Source: Eledone cirrhosa
Lineage: Eukaryota
Assembly (NCBI GenBank): GCA_964016885.1
Contig: OZ024740.1
Coordinates: 206,150,001-206,214,000, forward strand
Direction of reading: 5' to 3'
Length of the DNA stretch: 64,000 nt
Below, piece after piece: positions 1 to 13,449 of the stretch. The notes under the pieces were generated by a model that saw nothing but the letters and a program-made list of their open reading frames with translations, had not been told where the DNA came from and made no database searches. Position numbers and translations under genes: made by a program. Each line of letters starts with the position of its first letter. Within the stretch, counting starts at the first letter, position 1.

Positions 1-1192
1 CTAACAAGGTTTAAACTCAGAATGTAAAAAAAGATAACAAAATACCATAAAACATTTATTCCAACATTCTACTATTTTTATAGTAGAATTTCACGAAGGA
101 CAAACAGAGAGATGCTGTGCTGAAGAGGACCCATCCCACCCTTGCAAGCAGGGAAAAGTGGACGTAAAATAATGATGACTCTCACATATTGTTTATAATG
201 AATTAAAAACATAGATTAACTGAGATTATCTGTACAATTAGTAAACAACAACTCCCTCTAGAGTTTAAAATCTAAAAACTAATAAGCAAAGCAGGCAACT
301 CCAATAAGATCAACTAACGGAAATGTTTAAAGAATAAAGATTATGTAGAAAAGAGTGGATCTTGTCTTTAAAGTCAACTGATGAAAACAGGAATACTTTT
401 TTTCATTGTTACAAGCTCCTGAATATATAGAGAAGTATGGTACTTGTTTTTATTGTCCCATGAAGGACAAATAAAAGAAGCCAACCTGTGTGACTCAGAA
501 TATAAAGGGATATAAACAAACAACTACCAACAAGATATATTGTATAGCACTTGACCATCTATGACCTTTTTCATAATAACAATTATAGTAAACTGACTGA
601 TCTTTATTTGACTGGCCTTAGAAGGAATTAAGATCAAATTACCTCCAGTTGGGTTTTATTTCAGGAAGTAATGGGATGAAACTAAATACTGTTTGACAGT
701 TTTGCATGCTACCATTTCAATATAAAAAAGTAAAATGATTTCAACTGATGACTAAAAACATGATCCTAGCTTCACAGGAACTTATTTGTTACTATATAAT
801 AATTTATAACATTCTCACTACATCAGTTTAAAATGCTTTTATATGTTAGAACATATTTACCAATTTGAACAATATAGGTAATAGAGGGAGGAGATCAGTG
901 AGTTGGAAATGGTAGTGGCATGAGATGATGGGCAAAAAAATAGAGTATGTTCCATATGAAGCTCAGTAATTCAGCAACTTAACCTTGATTGGCTAGACTG
1001 GTCAGGTGACCATGTCTTAATCATGATACATTTTTGGCAGAGTGCCTTTCCTAATGCCAATGAAATGAACTGAAAAAATCTAATGAAAATCTAAGATGAA
1101 AGGAAAAGTCAATGGCAAATAACAAATATGAAGTCCAGTTTTCCACTGCTTTTCCCCATAAATTCTCTTATATTGAAATAACGTTAACTCAC

Positions 1193-1407
1193 TTTTCAAA
1201 TTGTTCATTCAAGATGTAGTTTCCTTCATCAGAACATTTAACAATATTTTGCAGCCTGTCAAGTTTAAAATTGAGATGAGATAACTTCTTTTGCAATGCT
1301 TCCTCTTTTGAACTTTGGATCATATCCACCTGATTAAGGAGTTGCACCTCTCGATTTTGCAAGGCTTCCAGAAGGCGACTCATTTGTGAGTGGATTTGTG
1401 ATCTTAA
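1193..1407 (-). CDS. NCOA4: NCOA4/ARA70-like, second coding exon (gene continues past the left window edge)
   Basis: AG..GT-bounded exon encoding LRSQIHSQMSRLLEALQNREVQLLNQVDMIQSSKEEALQ. This matches the ARA70 N-terminal coiled coil of vertebrate NCOA4 (VKAQIHSCISRHLECLRSREVWL.EQVDLI..LKEETLQ, recalled). Confidence 0.85.
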
Positions 1408-1514
1408 CTGGCAAAAGATAACAGATTAATAAATATACAAAAAAAAAACACTAAAAAATGCAAATTCAAAAAGATTTTATTTATCGGCTTAAATAAATAT
1501 AAGCTATTACTTAC

Positions 1515-1619
1515 CTCAGCAGCATTTTGATAAAGATCACACTTGGCTTTTTCAAATAAAGCATATTTTTCCTGGGTGACCTTTATAAGATGATGCTTCT
1601 GAACATTTGAGAATTCCAT
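1515..1619 (-). CDS. NCOA4: NCOA4-like, first coding exon (exon extends to 1672 as 5'UTR)
   Basis: ATG at 1619, MEFSNVQKHHLIKVTQEKYALFEKAKCDLYQNAAE, GAG|GTAAGT donor, phase-0 join to the next exon; CAG acceptor at 1673-1675. Confidence 0.8.
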
Positions 1620-3419
1620 TTGGTTAATTTTCTAGAATATTAATGGTGATGGACTCTTAAATGCAGAATAACCTGGAAAAGAAATATGTTGTCATTAATT
1701 AGACAAACAATAAATAAATTGTGATGATTACTTAAATGTTTCAATTATATTTATTTAATTTCAACAGTTTGGATAGTTCTGGAAAATCAGCTGAATGAAT
1801 TGCCAACAAATAACATGCTTAGGGGTATGAGATTTTTTTGTACATTTTTTGGAAGAAGGGGAAGTGTCAATGACCTTTGCAGGCCCTCTAAGACTAGTGA
1901 GATTGATGCCATTGCTGTTTAAAACACTAGTTTCAAATAAACCATTAAGTACCAATAAGAAGTACTGTATAAGCTATTAGTGTTTCCTTTTTATTAGCCA
2001 TTGCAACACACGTTACCAACCATCACCTTTCTTTGCTCAATTTCTAATTCTATGTTAAAAACATTTGTTACAGACACTCCAATTGCACATCTTTTGTATA
2101 AATTCATAACAGTTCATTCATTTAATGACAATGAGCACAAGTGTCCAAAGATATTTAGAATCTAAGTACAAACAAATATTTGAATGGCATTCAGTTATTA
2201 AAGAATATTTTACATTTTAAAATGTCTTTCATTTACATGTATGAAACTGCACCCAAATGGGGAACCTTGGCATATTTGTTTAACTTGCTTGGCATATTTG
2301 TTTGAAATAGTAGCCAATGCTCACGCCTTGAATCAAACAATCATCTAAAAGGAAGGATGCATTAATAAGGTGGACCTACATGTTCTTAAAATATGAATGG
2401 TTATAGCTGGAAGGTCTGCTTGATAAGGGTTGAACCTGGGCTAAACAACAACCAACCAAATTAGTGACAATTTTCCTGAAACTTGCCTACAAAACTAAAT
2501 TAGTTATTAGAATAGGACTATATTTGTTTCTTTTACCTTTAATGTTCTAAGAAACTTTGTTTTATATCTTGTCATGTATAGTATCTCTTTTATTTTCTGT
2601 TTTTAGGTGCATAAAAAAATAATGTAGACCCAGAGTAGATTAACAATTACTGGTAAAACTGATTTCTTACATTTGCACAAAGACAAAAAATTGTATGGAA
2701 AGAGTAAAGTTAAATGAATTGACTGCTGAAAAGGTCAACCTAGCAGGATTTGAACTCAGATTTTAAGAAGACATAACTAAATACTGAAAGGCATTTAATC
2801 CAAGAGTCAATAGTTTCTACCACACTATTTTGATAAAGTAGTTCCCCATCAAACAGAAACAATACAGGATTGAGAGGGTCCTTTAATATTGTTGAAGACA
2901 TTACAGCATCTCTAGTGCTGATACCATGGTAAAATGTACCTAGTACACTCAATTTAATAGTTGATGTTGAGAAAAGCATCCCGCCATAAAAACCATGCCA
3001 AAATTGGAATGTACAACTCATCTAGAATGGTAGTACCTTCGAATGAGAACTGATTTGACCTTAATGACATGTCCAATCCATGTCAGTATGAAAAGCAGAT
3101 GTATGATGATGATAATCCCCATTAAAAAGTAATAATTCTGTTGAATTATTGACTATATAAGGTAATATAATGATGGGAGGTTAATTATTATAATTAGGCA
3201 CATTCAAAGTAAAGATCATTTTAGCCAGTTTTGACTTTTTAGAAATGGTTAAATACAATTTTAGGTGCATGTGATAAATTATATTTACTATAGCTTCTAA
3301 ATTATATTGGGGGGGGGGGGGGGGGGGAATAAAAGTCTCCTAGACAAGTCAATATTGCAATCATAACCTGCAGCTTTATTTGTTAGTCGGATAGAACTAT
3401 TAAAGCTTAGAGACAGGCA

Positions 3420-5190
3420 TGGAAAAACTGGAAAATGAAAGCAACAAAGATCAATACCAGATAGCTAAATAGCTAAAAGAGAAGCTAGACAACAGATATA
3501 CATGGTATGCAAAGAAGCCCAAAACAGTAGGTTTGCCTATGTCCTGCAAGAAGAGGTTCAGAGGCATTAAATGTCCCACATTACAAAGCAGTGTGTCAAT
3601 ATGAATCCAGCTGTTGTAGCAGAAAACTGGGTTTGAAATGACAGCGGTGCAATTAACATCACTGATGCTCAAAAGAACATAGACAAGAAATGCTATTATG
3701 AGAGGTTGCTGAATGTGGAGAATGGGAGGAAGAGAAACTACCTCTAAATTACACAACAAAAGAACCAGCTATCAAATTGACAGTTATAGGGTCAATGGAT
3801 GCAATCAATGAGATGAAAAATGAATAATCACTGAGATGTTGAAATGGTCTGAGGGTAAACCAGTTACCTGCACAATCAATCAACTAATACAGGATGGCAT
3901 AACAGGCAAAACAGTATACTCATTAATTGCTACAAGGAAAAAAGTGATGTGCTAGATAGGAGCAACAACAGGGGCATAAAACTGATAGACAAAGTTACGT
4001 AAATGACAGAAAGAGTTTTAGTACAACTAATTAGGGCAAAAGTCAAATTAGATGCAGTGCAGTTTGGTTTTTTGCCAGGAAAGAGCATCACTTCTGACCT
4101 CGTTCTTCTGAGACAACTACAAGAAGTTCCTAGCTAAGTGTAAACCACTATATCTAGCGTTCATTGATCTAGAAAAGGCCTTTAACTATTATCTGTCATT
4201 TGGTGGTCCTTAAGGAAATTAGGTGTAGAGGAATGGCTTATGAGAGCAGTGTAAGCCATGTACAGAGGAGCTGTCAGTAAAGTGAGAGTAGGTAATGAAT
4301 TTACTAATGAATTCAATATACTAATAGGTGTTCATCAGAGCCTGATCCTGTTTATTATAGTTCTCCAGACCATAACAAATGTGTTTATGACTGGCTGTCC
4401 ATGGAAACTTCAGTATGCTGATGACCTGGTTCTTATAGCTGAATCTGTGAATGAGCTCGAGAAGAAATTCTGTGGAAATTTTGTGGAAACAACTTAGAAT
4501 CAAAAGAGCTTCAAGTAAACTTGGTAAAAACCAGTTTTAGTAAGAAGTGAAGAAGACAGAATCCTGATTCCATCAGTGAAGTGGCCTTACTGGATATGCA
4601 GAAAAGGAGTAGGTAGAAATATTATATGATATACACAATGTAAATCTTGGGTACACAAGTGGAGTAGTGGGATAACTAGCAGACTAAATAAAAGGTAGAC
4701 TTTGTAGGTGGCAGATGTACAGTAATTGTTGGTAATAAGAATTTTAGAAAAATAAACTTTTTCCAATTCCAGGATGGCTTTGTAGAAGTGGTTGATAACT
4801 CCTGCTGCAGAGACTGCTTTGAAAGCACAGTAGCTAGAATACGATACATGAAATGTGCAATGCTGCATGGTATTGAGACATGGGTAGTGAATGAAGAGGA
4901 CATGCACAGGTTGAATAAACTGAGAGAAAAACTGGGTATAAGAGGAATCGGGTGTAGTGTGCAAGTGAAAAAATTGCATTGGTATGTCCATGTAATGCAT
5001 ATGGATGATCATTGGGTAAAGAAGTGTCAAGAAATACCAATGGAAGGAAGCTGCAGTAGGAGATCAAATCACTGAAGCTCTCAGAGGAGATGTAGAAGGA
5101 CTGCTTCAAGTGAAGGGATGATATACTGTGAAAAACCCATCCAACTCATGCAAGAATGGAAAAGTGAATGTAAAATAATAATGATGATAA
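3420..5190 (+). mobile_element. Decayed RTE-clade LINE
   Basis: Broken RT motifs (QFGF.PG, AFIDLEKAF, LQYADDLVL, MLHGIETW) and a (GAT)n-type tail; homologous to the element at 51545-54672. Confidence 0.85.
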
Positions 5191-5202
5191 AGACATTATA
5201 AA

Positions 5203-5485
5203 ATAATTGTTTCTACTTTTGGCACAAGGCCAGCAATTATCCAGTGTATTACTGGTACTTTATTTTATCGACCCTGTAAGTATGAAAGGCAAAGTTAACC
5301 TCGGCGGGATTTGAACTCAGACCATAAAGACATTATAAAATAATTGTTTCTACTTTTGGCACAAAGCCAGCAAATAATGGTTTCTTAAATGGACCACAAT
5401 TTGGTAAGATGAGTGTAGTTGATTAAATTGTCCCCAGTGCCTGACTGGTACTTATTTTATCAACCCTGGAAGGGTGAAAGATAAA
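5203..5485 (-). mobile_element. Stacked partial tRNA-derived SINE copies
   Basis: Reverse complement of the 13203 SINE body and tail, with the tail segment repeated. Confidence 0.8.
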
Positions 5486-5503
5486 GGGTATGTCTACATT
5501 TAA

Positions 5504-5700
5504 CTCTTTAGCCTTTACATCACTCTATATTTACTATTGTATTTTCATGGTAAATACTTTATCTCACATAATATCGAACCTACGAGATTTTGATATTATT
5601 TATTTTGAGAACAATACCTTAACATAAGTATGAGTAGCTGGTTTGAACAAAAAGAATGAGAGAATTCTGGCCAGATACAGCCAGTTTAAATGCTAAAGGG
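5504..5700. mobile_element. piggyBac-type MITE
   Basis: TTAA at 5500-5503 and 5701-5704; termini CTCTTTAGC..GCTAAAGGG; same family as 29107-29301. Confidence 0.8.
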
Positions 5701-6271
5701 TTAAACAAAACAAAATGTATACAGAGATATAAAGAATATATAAGGGGATAAAACTGTAAACAGTACCTTCATGTGTACAACATAGCTGCCATTTAAGTGA
5801 TAAGTTGTCTTTTTTAAGAATGTAAACAGTAGAAAGAGATGGTAAATCGTGAACATATTTTAAATATCAAACTGACACAGGTATGATGAATAGTGAACAT
5901 ATTTTAAATATCAAACTGACACAGGTATGATGCAACTATCTAATATAAAATCTGTGTAAATGTTTCTTTGTACAACAAAATAAATGTGAAAAAGATAATT
6001 GAAATGATGATGATAATTATGTGATCTACCCCATGCTAATGTGGAAAATGGACATTAAACGACGATGATGATGATTTCCATGACTTGACCTTTTCTAATA
6101 TTTTGACAAGGCTTCACCTAATTTTAACAATGTCTCACACAAATAAACTAATACTCTATAAACAGTTACCGATTCATTCTTCTTTGTGTTACAAATATCA
6201 AAAGACACTTGTAACAAGAATACGTTGCAGCTTATGAAAGCAGCTTTGAAGCAAACTACAGATCAAAAGCA

Positions 6272-6380
6272 TCCGCCGAGGTTGACTTTGCCTTTCATCC
6301 TTACGGGGTCGATAAAATAAAGTACCAGTAATGCACTGAGTAATTGATGGCCTTGTGCCTAAAGTAGAAACAATTATTTT
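6272..6380 (+). mobile_element. 5'-truncated tRNA-derived SINE
   Basis: Near identical to the 3' half of the SINE at 13203. Confidence 0.85.
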
Positions 6381-6819
6381 CACTAACATTTTAATAGTTA
6401 TAATGCAATAAGAAATTCCCAGATGAGCAGGCAACAAAAATCAGGTCACAACACTTGATTGATTAAGAGAGAATTACAGCACAATGACACCACCCTTTAG
6501 ATACAAACTAATATTTTTTATGAAACCAGTTAGACTAGCTCAATGACTCAAAACTAAATTAAATTCTATCAGCATGGAGTAAGCATGGCTCTGTAAGCCT
6601 TGCAGAAGGTAGTTCATCCATGAGGGCAGTAGCTCCAAATAAAATAAGACTGTACAGGGCAAATGTGGGCTCCATAAATCATGGAGAAGGCAGCTTTCTG
6701 GAAAGGCAGTGGATCCAAATAGAATATGACTGTACAGGGCAGATGTAGACTCTATAAGCTGAAATGTAGGCAACCTGTCTAGGAGAGCATTCACTCTGAA
6801 TAAAAACTAATTCACTTCA

Positions 6820-7530
6820 GTGAATAAGAATAAAAAGTGAGTTTAGTGAGGAATTCAAAGGTACAGGTAGGAGTGCATCACAGTTCAGTTCTTTGCTTAC
6901 TCCTGTTTATTCTAGTCCTCCAGGTCATAACAGAGGAGTTTAAGACTTTGTATGTAGCAGATGTTCAGGGTCAATTGATAGTAGGTGCCAATAATAATAA
7001 AATAATATAAACCTTTTCCAATCCCAGGAAGAATCCACAGAAGTAGTTGATAGCTTCCGCTACCTAGATGATATAATTAGTAGTGGAAGAGGGTGCTACG
7101 AGAGCTTAGTAGCTAGAATAAGGACAGGATGTACAAAATGTTTCTCCCTACGAATGAAAGGTCAGCTGTATGACACCTATGTACAAAGTCCAAGGCTGCA
7201 TGATAGTGAGACATGGGCAGTGAATGTAGAGGACATGCTTTGATGGATATGCAATGTTAATGTGTAAGAACAAAGCATGTATGAACTGAGAGAAACTGGG
7301 TGTAAGAGGAATCAAATGTAGTGTGCAGGAAAAGAGATTGCATTGGTATGGACATATGATGGGCATGGATGAAGAAGTGCCAAGTAATGCCAATGAAAGG
7401 AAGCTGCAGGAGAGGAACACCTGGATGCATGTGATGAGAGCTGATCTCAAATGAAGCTCATAGAGGAGATGATAAAGGAACACAACAAATGGAGAGATGC
7501 TGTATTGAGAAGGACACATCCAACTAATCA
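6820..7530 (+). mobile_element. Decayed RTE LINE fragment
   Basis: Remnants of VGVH, VDSFRYL, LHDSETW and RLHWYGH motifs. Confidence 0.75.
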
Positions 7531-9239
7531 AATATATATTTTTCTATTTAGATGAAACATTAAATTATGTTCATATAATTCATTAAATATATGAATGTAT
7601 GGAACTAGAGGAGAAATAAGAGAAATAGAATATAAAAATGTTTGCCACAATATGAAGTGATAGTTAAATGTTAACACATTTAATGTTAACTCTAACAAGT
7701 ATAGTATACATTACATAAAATGCAGAGAATTTAAGTGTTAATACTAGCCTTAACCTACTTTAGTCAAAAGAAATTTTTTTTTTTTTTTGTAAAACATGAA
7801 CTTAAACTAAATCAGAATTAGAATAAGTGGGCTAGAATTGAGAACATGATGAAATAAAAGAAAAAAAATTAAATAGGCAAACACACCCAACTTTATAGTC
7901 ATTCAACATGAAATCTATTCTATAAAATTAGCTTGTCCAGAAAAGTAATATATCATATCTTAAGTGTCAGGTTTCCTTTCATATTATGATTATGCCCCGA
8001 ATATATGGGAGTGTAAAAACTGAAATGGTTATCTACAGATATAAAATGGTAGAATCATTAGAAAGTAGCTTTACTTTTGGCTTTCTGCAATCTGAGTTTG
8101 AATCCCACTAAAGTCAACTTTGCTTTTCATTTTTGCAGGGTCAGTGAAATAAAGTATCAATCTAGGGTGCTAGATTGATGGAATTGTTAGACCATTGTGG
8201 TTTTTGTTTCATCTCTTTGCATTCTGAGATCAAATCTTGTTGTGGCCTACATTGCCTGGTTTAACACCACCTTTCTGGTGCTTAAATGCCTTTAGCTGAG
8301 CATTCAGTTCAGACCTCCACTTTGACAACCCATTCTTTCCTCCCACCTGTCTCGGAGGCCCTGGAAAGTGTCTTGGGAGTTGCCTTTCCCTCCCTGACTA
8401 AATAGTAAAAAATAAAAAAAAAGACTGCATAACTGATGTAGTTGATGTAGTCTTTCTTATAAATACTGGCAATAACCCATGCTAGTGTGGAACATGGACA
8501 TTAAATGATGATGATGATAGCCTGGTCCTAACTGAATAAAAAATTAACTGGGAAAAATAATAAACAAACTGAGAGCTGATGGTTGTGTTTTTTGTGGGTT
8601 ACTAGGAAACTAAATAAAGAAAAGAAGTTTAAGAAACTTACATCTGCAATGTTAAGTGTTTAATTATGTTATAACACTTAACATAGCTGGAACATTTGTA
8701 TATATTTTAATTAATCAACACTACAATATGTATAATTGTTCATTTCATTATTTTTATACTAAATATCAAAGATTGATTGCATTACAAAATTTTATAAATT
8801 AAATATTCATCTAAGCTTGTTATTATAAGTATTACTGTTATTGTTATTATTGTTAGTTATCTTATTTATGCATTCTTCCCTGTCCTGACTGGAAAACAAT
8901 TCCTATCAAGTACAGCCAGCCACCATTACTTCAATTACATAACAAACTACCATATACTTCCTCACCTTCCTGTTCAAAAAATTCACACTCCAAATACATT
9001 ACTGTCCTCTCTTTCACAACCTCCCCTGCTAATTTGGTCACACCACCTTGAACAAAGAGACACAATAAAGTAATGAAGATTCTTTAACCTTGCAGGGCAC
9101 AAGACAACCTTATTAGTGTTGGTGCAATGATAAAATGCACCAACTTGCCTCAAATCCATGCTAGCGTGGAAGATGGACGTTAAATGATGATGATGTATAT
9201 TAATTTAGCTTTTTGAGGCTATTGTCATATGACCTAATT

Positions 9240-11095
9240 CCGATAGTGTCAACCTATCCTCTAGGGCTGCTATATATGACTGTGCGGTCAGCTGTTATTT
9301 TGCATTTATTTATATTTTTTATACTGCTTTGTATTGTTTTTTTTCACAATATTTTTCGAGAACATCAATTTAAACATGCCATCAAAACACCACCAATCTA
9401 TCGGGAGAGCGAGTAGGTTCGCCAAACGGATGAAATCTTATGTGAAGAAGAAAATCAAGAACAATATGAAAAAAGATTCAAGAGTAAAAGGGCATGGCAA
9501 CAAGAATGCCAATCACAACACTCTGACATTCAGCAGAATATGAGAGGGGAAACAGAAAGATTAAGACAAGAAAGATGATTGCAACTTTCTGAAAGTGAAC
9601 AGAACCTGAGATGGGAAACAGAAAGATTAAGACAAGAAAGACAATTGCAACTTTCTGAAAGGGAACAGAAAGATTAAGGAAAGAAGAAAGATGATTGCAA
9701 CAAAGGGAGGTTGAATATGAAAATCACTGAAAAGTAATAAGAGTTACAATGCAAGCTTGACAAGCCCAAAGAAATATTCAAGGCAGAATAAAATGAAGAA
9801 AATCTAATTGAAGATCAAAGAATTGCTTATGAAAAACTTTTGAACAGAATCAACCAGAATGAAGGAAGCCTTTATTTTTTGGATGCTCCCAGAATAACTG
9901 GTAAAACCGTCATAATAAACCTAATTTTGGCAAAAATAAGATAGCGAAAGCAAATTGCTTTGGCTGGAACATCAAGTGGTATTGCTACTACCTTACTTGA
10001 TGAAAGCAAAACAGCACACTCAATGTTCAAGTGCCATTGAATGTCATAAGAGAAGAGTATCCTTTGTGCAATATCAAAGAGAACAGCAAAAGCAAAGCTT
10101 TTAGAGAAATGCTCTGTGATCATATGGGATGGGACCATTCTTTAAGAGACATTAGAGGATGTAATGAAATCATGGGAGGAATAACAATAGTGTTTGCTGA
10201 TGACTTCAGACAGATTCTCCCCGTCGTTCCTAAAGGCACGTGAACTGATATTGTAAACACTTGCCTCAAAGTCTCAACTATATGGCAAATAAGTCCAGCA
10301 ATTAACCATGAGGACAAACATCAGAGTGTAGTTATACAATGATGCAGAAATTGATACTTTTGCAAAGCAACTAATGACACTAGGTGATGGAAATGGCTGT
10401 TTGAGTGAGCAATTTCAGCTCCAAAAAATAATATGGTAAATCAACCAATACCTACTGGATATGCTCCTAGGGGAGGTTCATACATATGTCTCCCTAAACA
10501 AAGTTGAAGAGGATGATAATGCTGTTAATTATCCTGCAGAATTCCTTAATAGTCTGGAACTTCCTGGACTTCCTCCACACAAATTGATGTTAAAGATTGA
10601 AACTCCCATCATCCTTTTGAGAAACCAGGACCCACCACATCTATGCTGTCAGACAGATGGTGAACCATCTCCTAGAGGTCACTATTCTTGGAGGCAATCA
10701 TCAAGGAGAAAATGCATTTATTCCCAAGATTCCTCTCATCCCTTTCTCTACTGAGCTGCCATTCAAATTCTCAAGATTTCAGTTCCCTGTTAGAGCTAAT
10801 TTTGCTGTGACCACAAATAAAGCTGAGGGTCAGAGTTTCAAAGTAGTAAGATTGAATATGAGAGAATCGCTTTTTATCCATGTAGGTTGTTCATGAGTGG
10901 GATCACCTAGAAATCTTCATATACTATGCACGAATGGTAAAACAAAGAATTTGGAGTATCTGGAAGATATTTTGCTTTTGTTTTGTTTTTTGTCATACAC
11001 ACATACCACGTTCTTGCCTCATACTGTACAATGGATCCAATATAATCATTTTCTTTTAGCATGTTTACTCGGGCAAAACTAAGTATCTCAACTAG
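9240..11095 (+). mobile_element. Decayed Helitron (PIF1-type helicase remnant)
   Basis: Frameshifted helicase motifs FLDAP.ITGKT, SSGIATTLL, DFRQILPVVPKG, YPAEFLNSLELPGLPPH, QFPVR.NFAVT.NK.EGQS; 3' end CTAG|T at 11092-11096. The 5' boundary is approximate. Confidence 0.85.
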
Positions 11096-11096
11096 T

Positions 11097-11140
<44 letters not shown>

Positions 11141-11224
11141 GAAAAGTATAAAAATTATTGTAGCAAGAAGCCAACAGTATTCCATAATATATATATATAT
11201 ATACAATTTAAGTATATATCTTAA

Positions 11225-11605
11225 GTATGGTCATTTGGTACACGGTAAGGGTAATTAGAGACATACCAAGGTCGAGATGATCCTTTTCTGAGTATCAAAC
11301 ATCACTTGGTATCGATGCCTCCCAGATGGGCATCAACATGAGAGGCGATAGTTAAACTTGAGCAGATGGTTGGTCAACTCATTCTCGAGCCTTGCCTTAA
11401 AAATGTTAACTGAGAGTGTGTCAACTGTTTCTTGTTTGAGGTTGTTGGAAAGGTTGATCGCACGTGCAGAAAAGAAGTGGTTCCTAGGACTTGGTTGGTG
11501 ATGCACCTGGAGCATCCGGTTGTGCCCTCAGGTAGTCCTGCTGAGTGCCTCTCTGAACAGATGGGGCATCTTCTAGTGTACTGTATTTTATCGAACTCAT
11601 TTATC
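11225..11605 (-). mobile_element. CR1-type LINE 3' fragment
   Basis: RNHFFSARAINLSNNL...VDTLSVNIFKARLE matches the C-terminal motif typical of CR1 ORF2. Confidence 0.7.
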
Positions 11606-11614
11606 ACACATATA

Positions 11615-11840
11615 TAGTCTGTCTTAAGCCAGAAGGCTCATTTGGCCAGTGCTTATCCCAGTCTCATGGAATGAAGCGACATACTACAAGACTTCCCCAT
11701 GGACAGGACGCCAGTCCATCGCAGGGTTAAACCCCCAGCTAGTGTTTTGCTCAAGAACACAACACGAAACTCAGGAATCGAACCCACAACGTTATGATCG
11801 TAAGTCCAACACCCTTACCACTAGGCTACGTACCTCCTCT
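11615..11840 (-). mobile_element. tRNA-derived SINE with CORE-like and V-domain-like segments
   Basis: A box TAGCCTAGTGG and B box GGTTCGATTCC, followed by CTTGAGCAAAACACT and CCCTGCGATGGACTGGCGTCCTGTCCA. Confidence 0.65.
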
Positions 11841-12084
11841 ATATATAGATAGGGGGGGGGGGGGGGGGTATAGGTGATTAAAGTAATTTTCAGAACATTA
11901 CTAGTGATTATTTTAATGCACTTCCGAAGGGTGAAAAGTTAAACCAAGTGGCAGTGGGATTTGAACTCACAACAGTGAAACACCACGGATCCAATCAAAC
12001 AATCTATTACCCAAGAACTTCTTCATCGCTAACAAAAAAGAAATGTCTTGATAAAATACAATTCCTCAAACTCTATACTCGATA

Positions 12085-12162
12085 TGTCGGCTCTACGCAC
12101 GACGATGCTTTAGGATCGCTGGTTTAAGAGGACCCCGGCCTCGTTGAACAAGAGCAAGAAGA
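12085..12162 (+). mobile_element. Extreme 5'-truncated LINE 3' end
   Basis: 11-bp TSD TATACTCGATA at 12074-12084 and 12163-12173; CAAGA-repeat tail. Confidence 0.6.
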
Positions 12163-12995
12163 TATACTCGATACACATGTTATAATTTTATAATTGCACA
12201 CTGACACTGACCTCCCTTTTTTTAGACATGCGCCTCTCAATTCATGGTAGGGGTGCCATACACTCAGTCAGGCGTGGGAGGGATTCTATCGTTGATTTAA
12301 ATTGAATATATAATGTAAAAAAAAAATTACTTATTTAAATTATTCCTTAGTCGAACGATAAATTAATGGTTTCTTATTTAGGCCCAAGTCCAACAAATTT
12401 GGGGGAGAGGAAAGTCGATTAAATCGACCTCAGTGCATTATCGTTACTTCATTTTATCGACCCCGTAAGGACGAAAAACAAAGCTAACCTTGACATAATT
12501 TGAACTCAGAAGATAAAGGATCGTAAATCTAACGATATAAAAATGTCAACTTAAAAAAATAACACGAGAAAAATGTTCCTGTCTAAATGTGGAGGATGTT
12601 TGAATGTCAAAATCCAGTTGATCATTGCAGTATACATGTGAATAACATCAAAAGGTTGAAGAAGTTATCTATAGTTAAAATTATTATCAATCTAAATGTT
12701 ATTAGCCTTCTTGTCTATTTTTTTTTTCCGGTAAAATCTGTAATATGCATATAAAACTAAGAATTCTGAAGAGATGTGTGTTTTTTAAGCCAATAAAGAT
12801 GGGTGAATAAAATGTAATGATATACGGCAACATTATATTACCGAACAAACGTTTAAGGGTAGAATTATACGTTACATAAGGATAAGAAAGATGTATAGAA
12901 TAATAAAATGAATCATGATATATCAAAAAGATTTAACTGAGTACAATTTTAAGAAGAACGGACATGTTAGGGAAAAAAATTAATTCAATACATAC

Positions 12996-13165
12996 CAAAG
13001 AGGTCGACATATAAAGATTGTCTCATTAAGAAAAGAGAATGACGTGAAACGAAGAGTCGGCAATTTCCGTTAAACATCGGCTATCTACGTCATAAATTAC
13101 TGGCAGCCTCGTTTTGGGAGAAATGTGTTGACGTGATATGTAGGTAATAACAAAGATGGCGACTA
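12996..13165 (-). promoter_or_regulatory. Probable NCOA4 promoter and non-coding first exon
   Basis: Unique, CpG-containing segment with three TGACGT (CRE-like) sites, a YY1-like AAGATGGCG and a TTG|GTATGT donor at 12995 pointing toward the NCOA4 acceptor at 1673. Confidence 0.5.
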
Positions 13166-13197
13166 TAAGTTTATTCTTTATTATTATGCTTCCTATC

Positions 13198-13388
13198 CCT
13201 AAGGGGCGGTGGATTGGCAGTATCGGCAGAGGGTCGGACGCCATGCTTTCCAGCATAGTTACGTCCCTTTACGATCTGAGTTCAAATCCCGCCGAGGTTG
13301 ACTTTGCCTTTCATCCTTACGGGGTCGATAAAATAAAGTACCAGTAATGCACTGGGTGATTGCTGGCCTTGTGCCTAAAGTAGAAACA
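13198..13388 (+). mobile_element. Full-length young tRNA-derived SINE (Meta/MESC-like central domain)
   Basis: A/B boxes (TGGCAGTATCGG, GAGTTCAAATCC); central GAGGTTGACTTTGCCTTTCATCCTT..GGTCGATAAAATAAAGTACCAG; 18-bp TSD at 13180-13197 and 13389-13406. Confidence 0.9.
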
Positions 13389-13449
13389 ATTATTATGCTT
13401 CCTATCTATCTAGCAGTGTACTAGGCTCATAGCTGGCTTCATCGATCCA

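Noticed and set aside
13203-13295. tRNA gene
   Set aside because: A/B boxes belong to a SINE head; there is no cloverleaf, and it is followed by the SINE body and TSD.
13156-13347. ATGGCG start of a divergent plus-strand gene
   Set aside because: The ORF runs straight into a SINE, and no downstream plus-strand exons were found.
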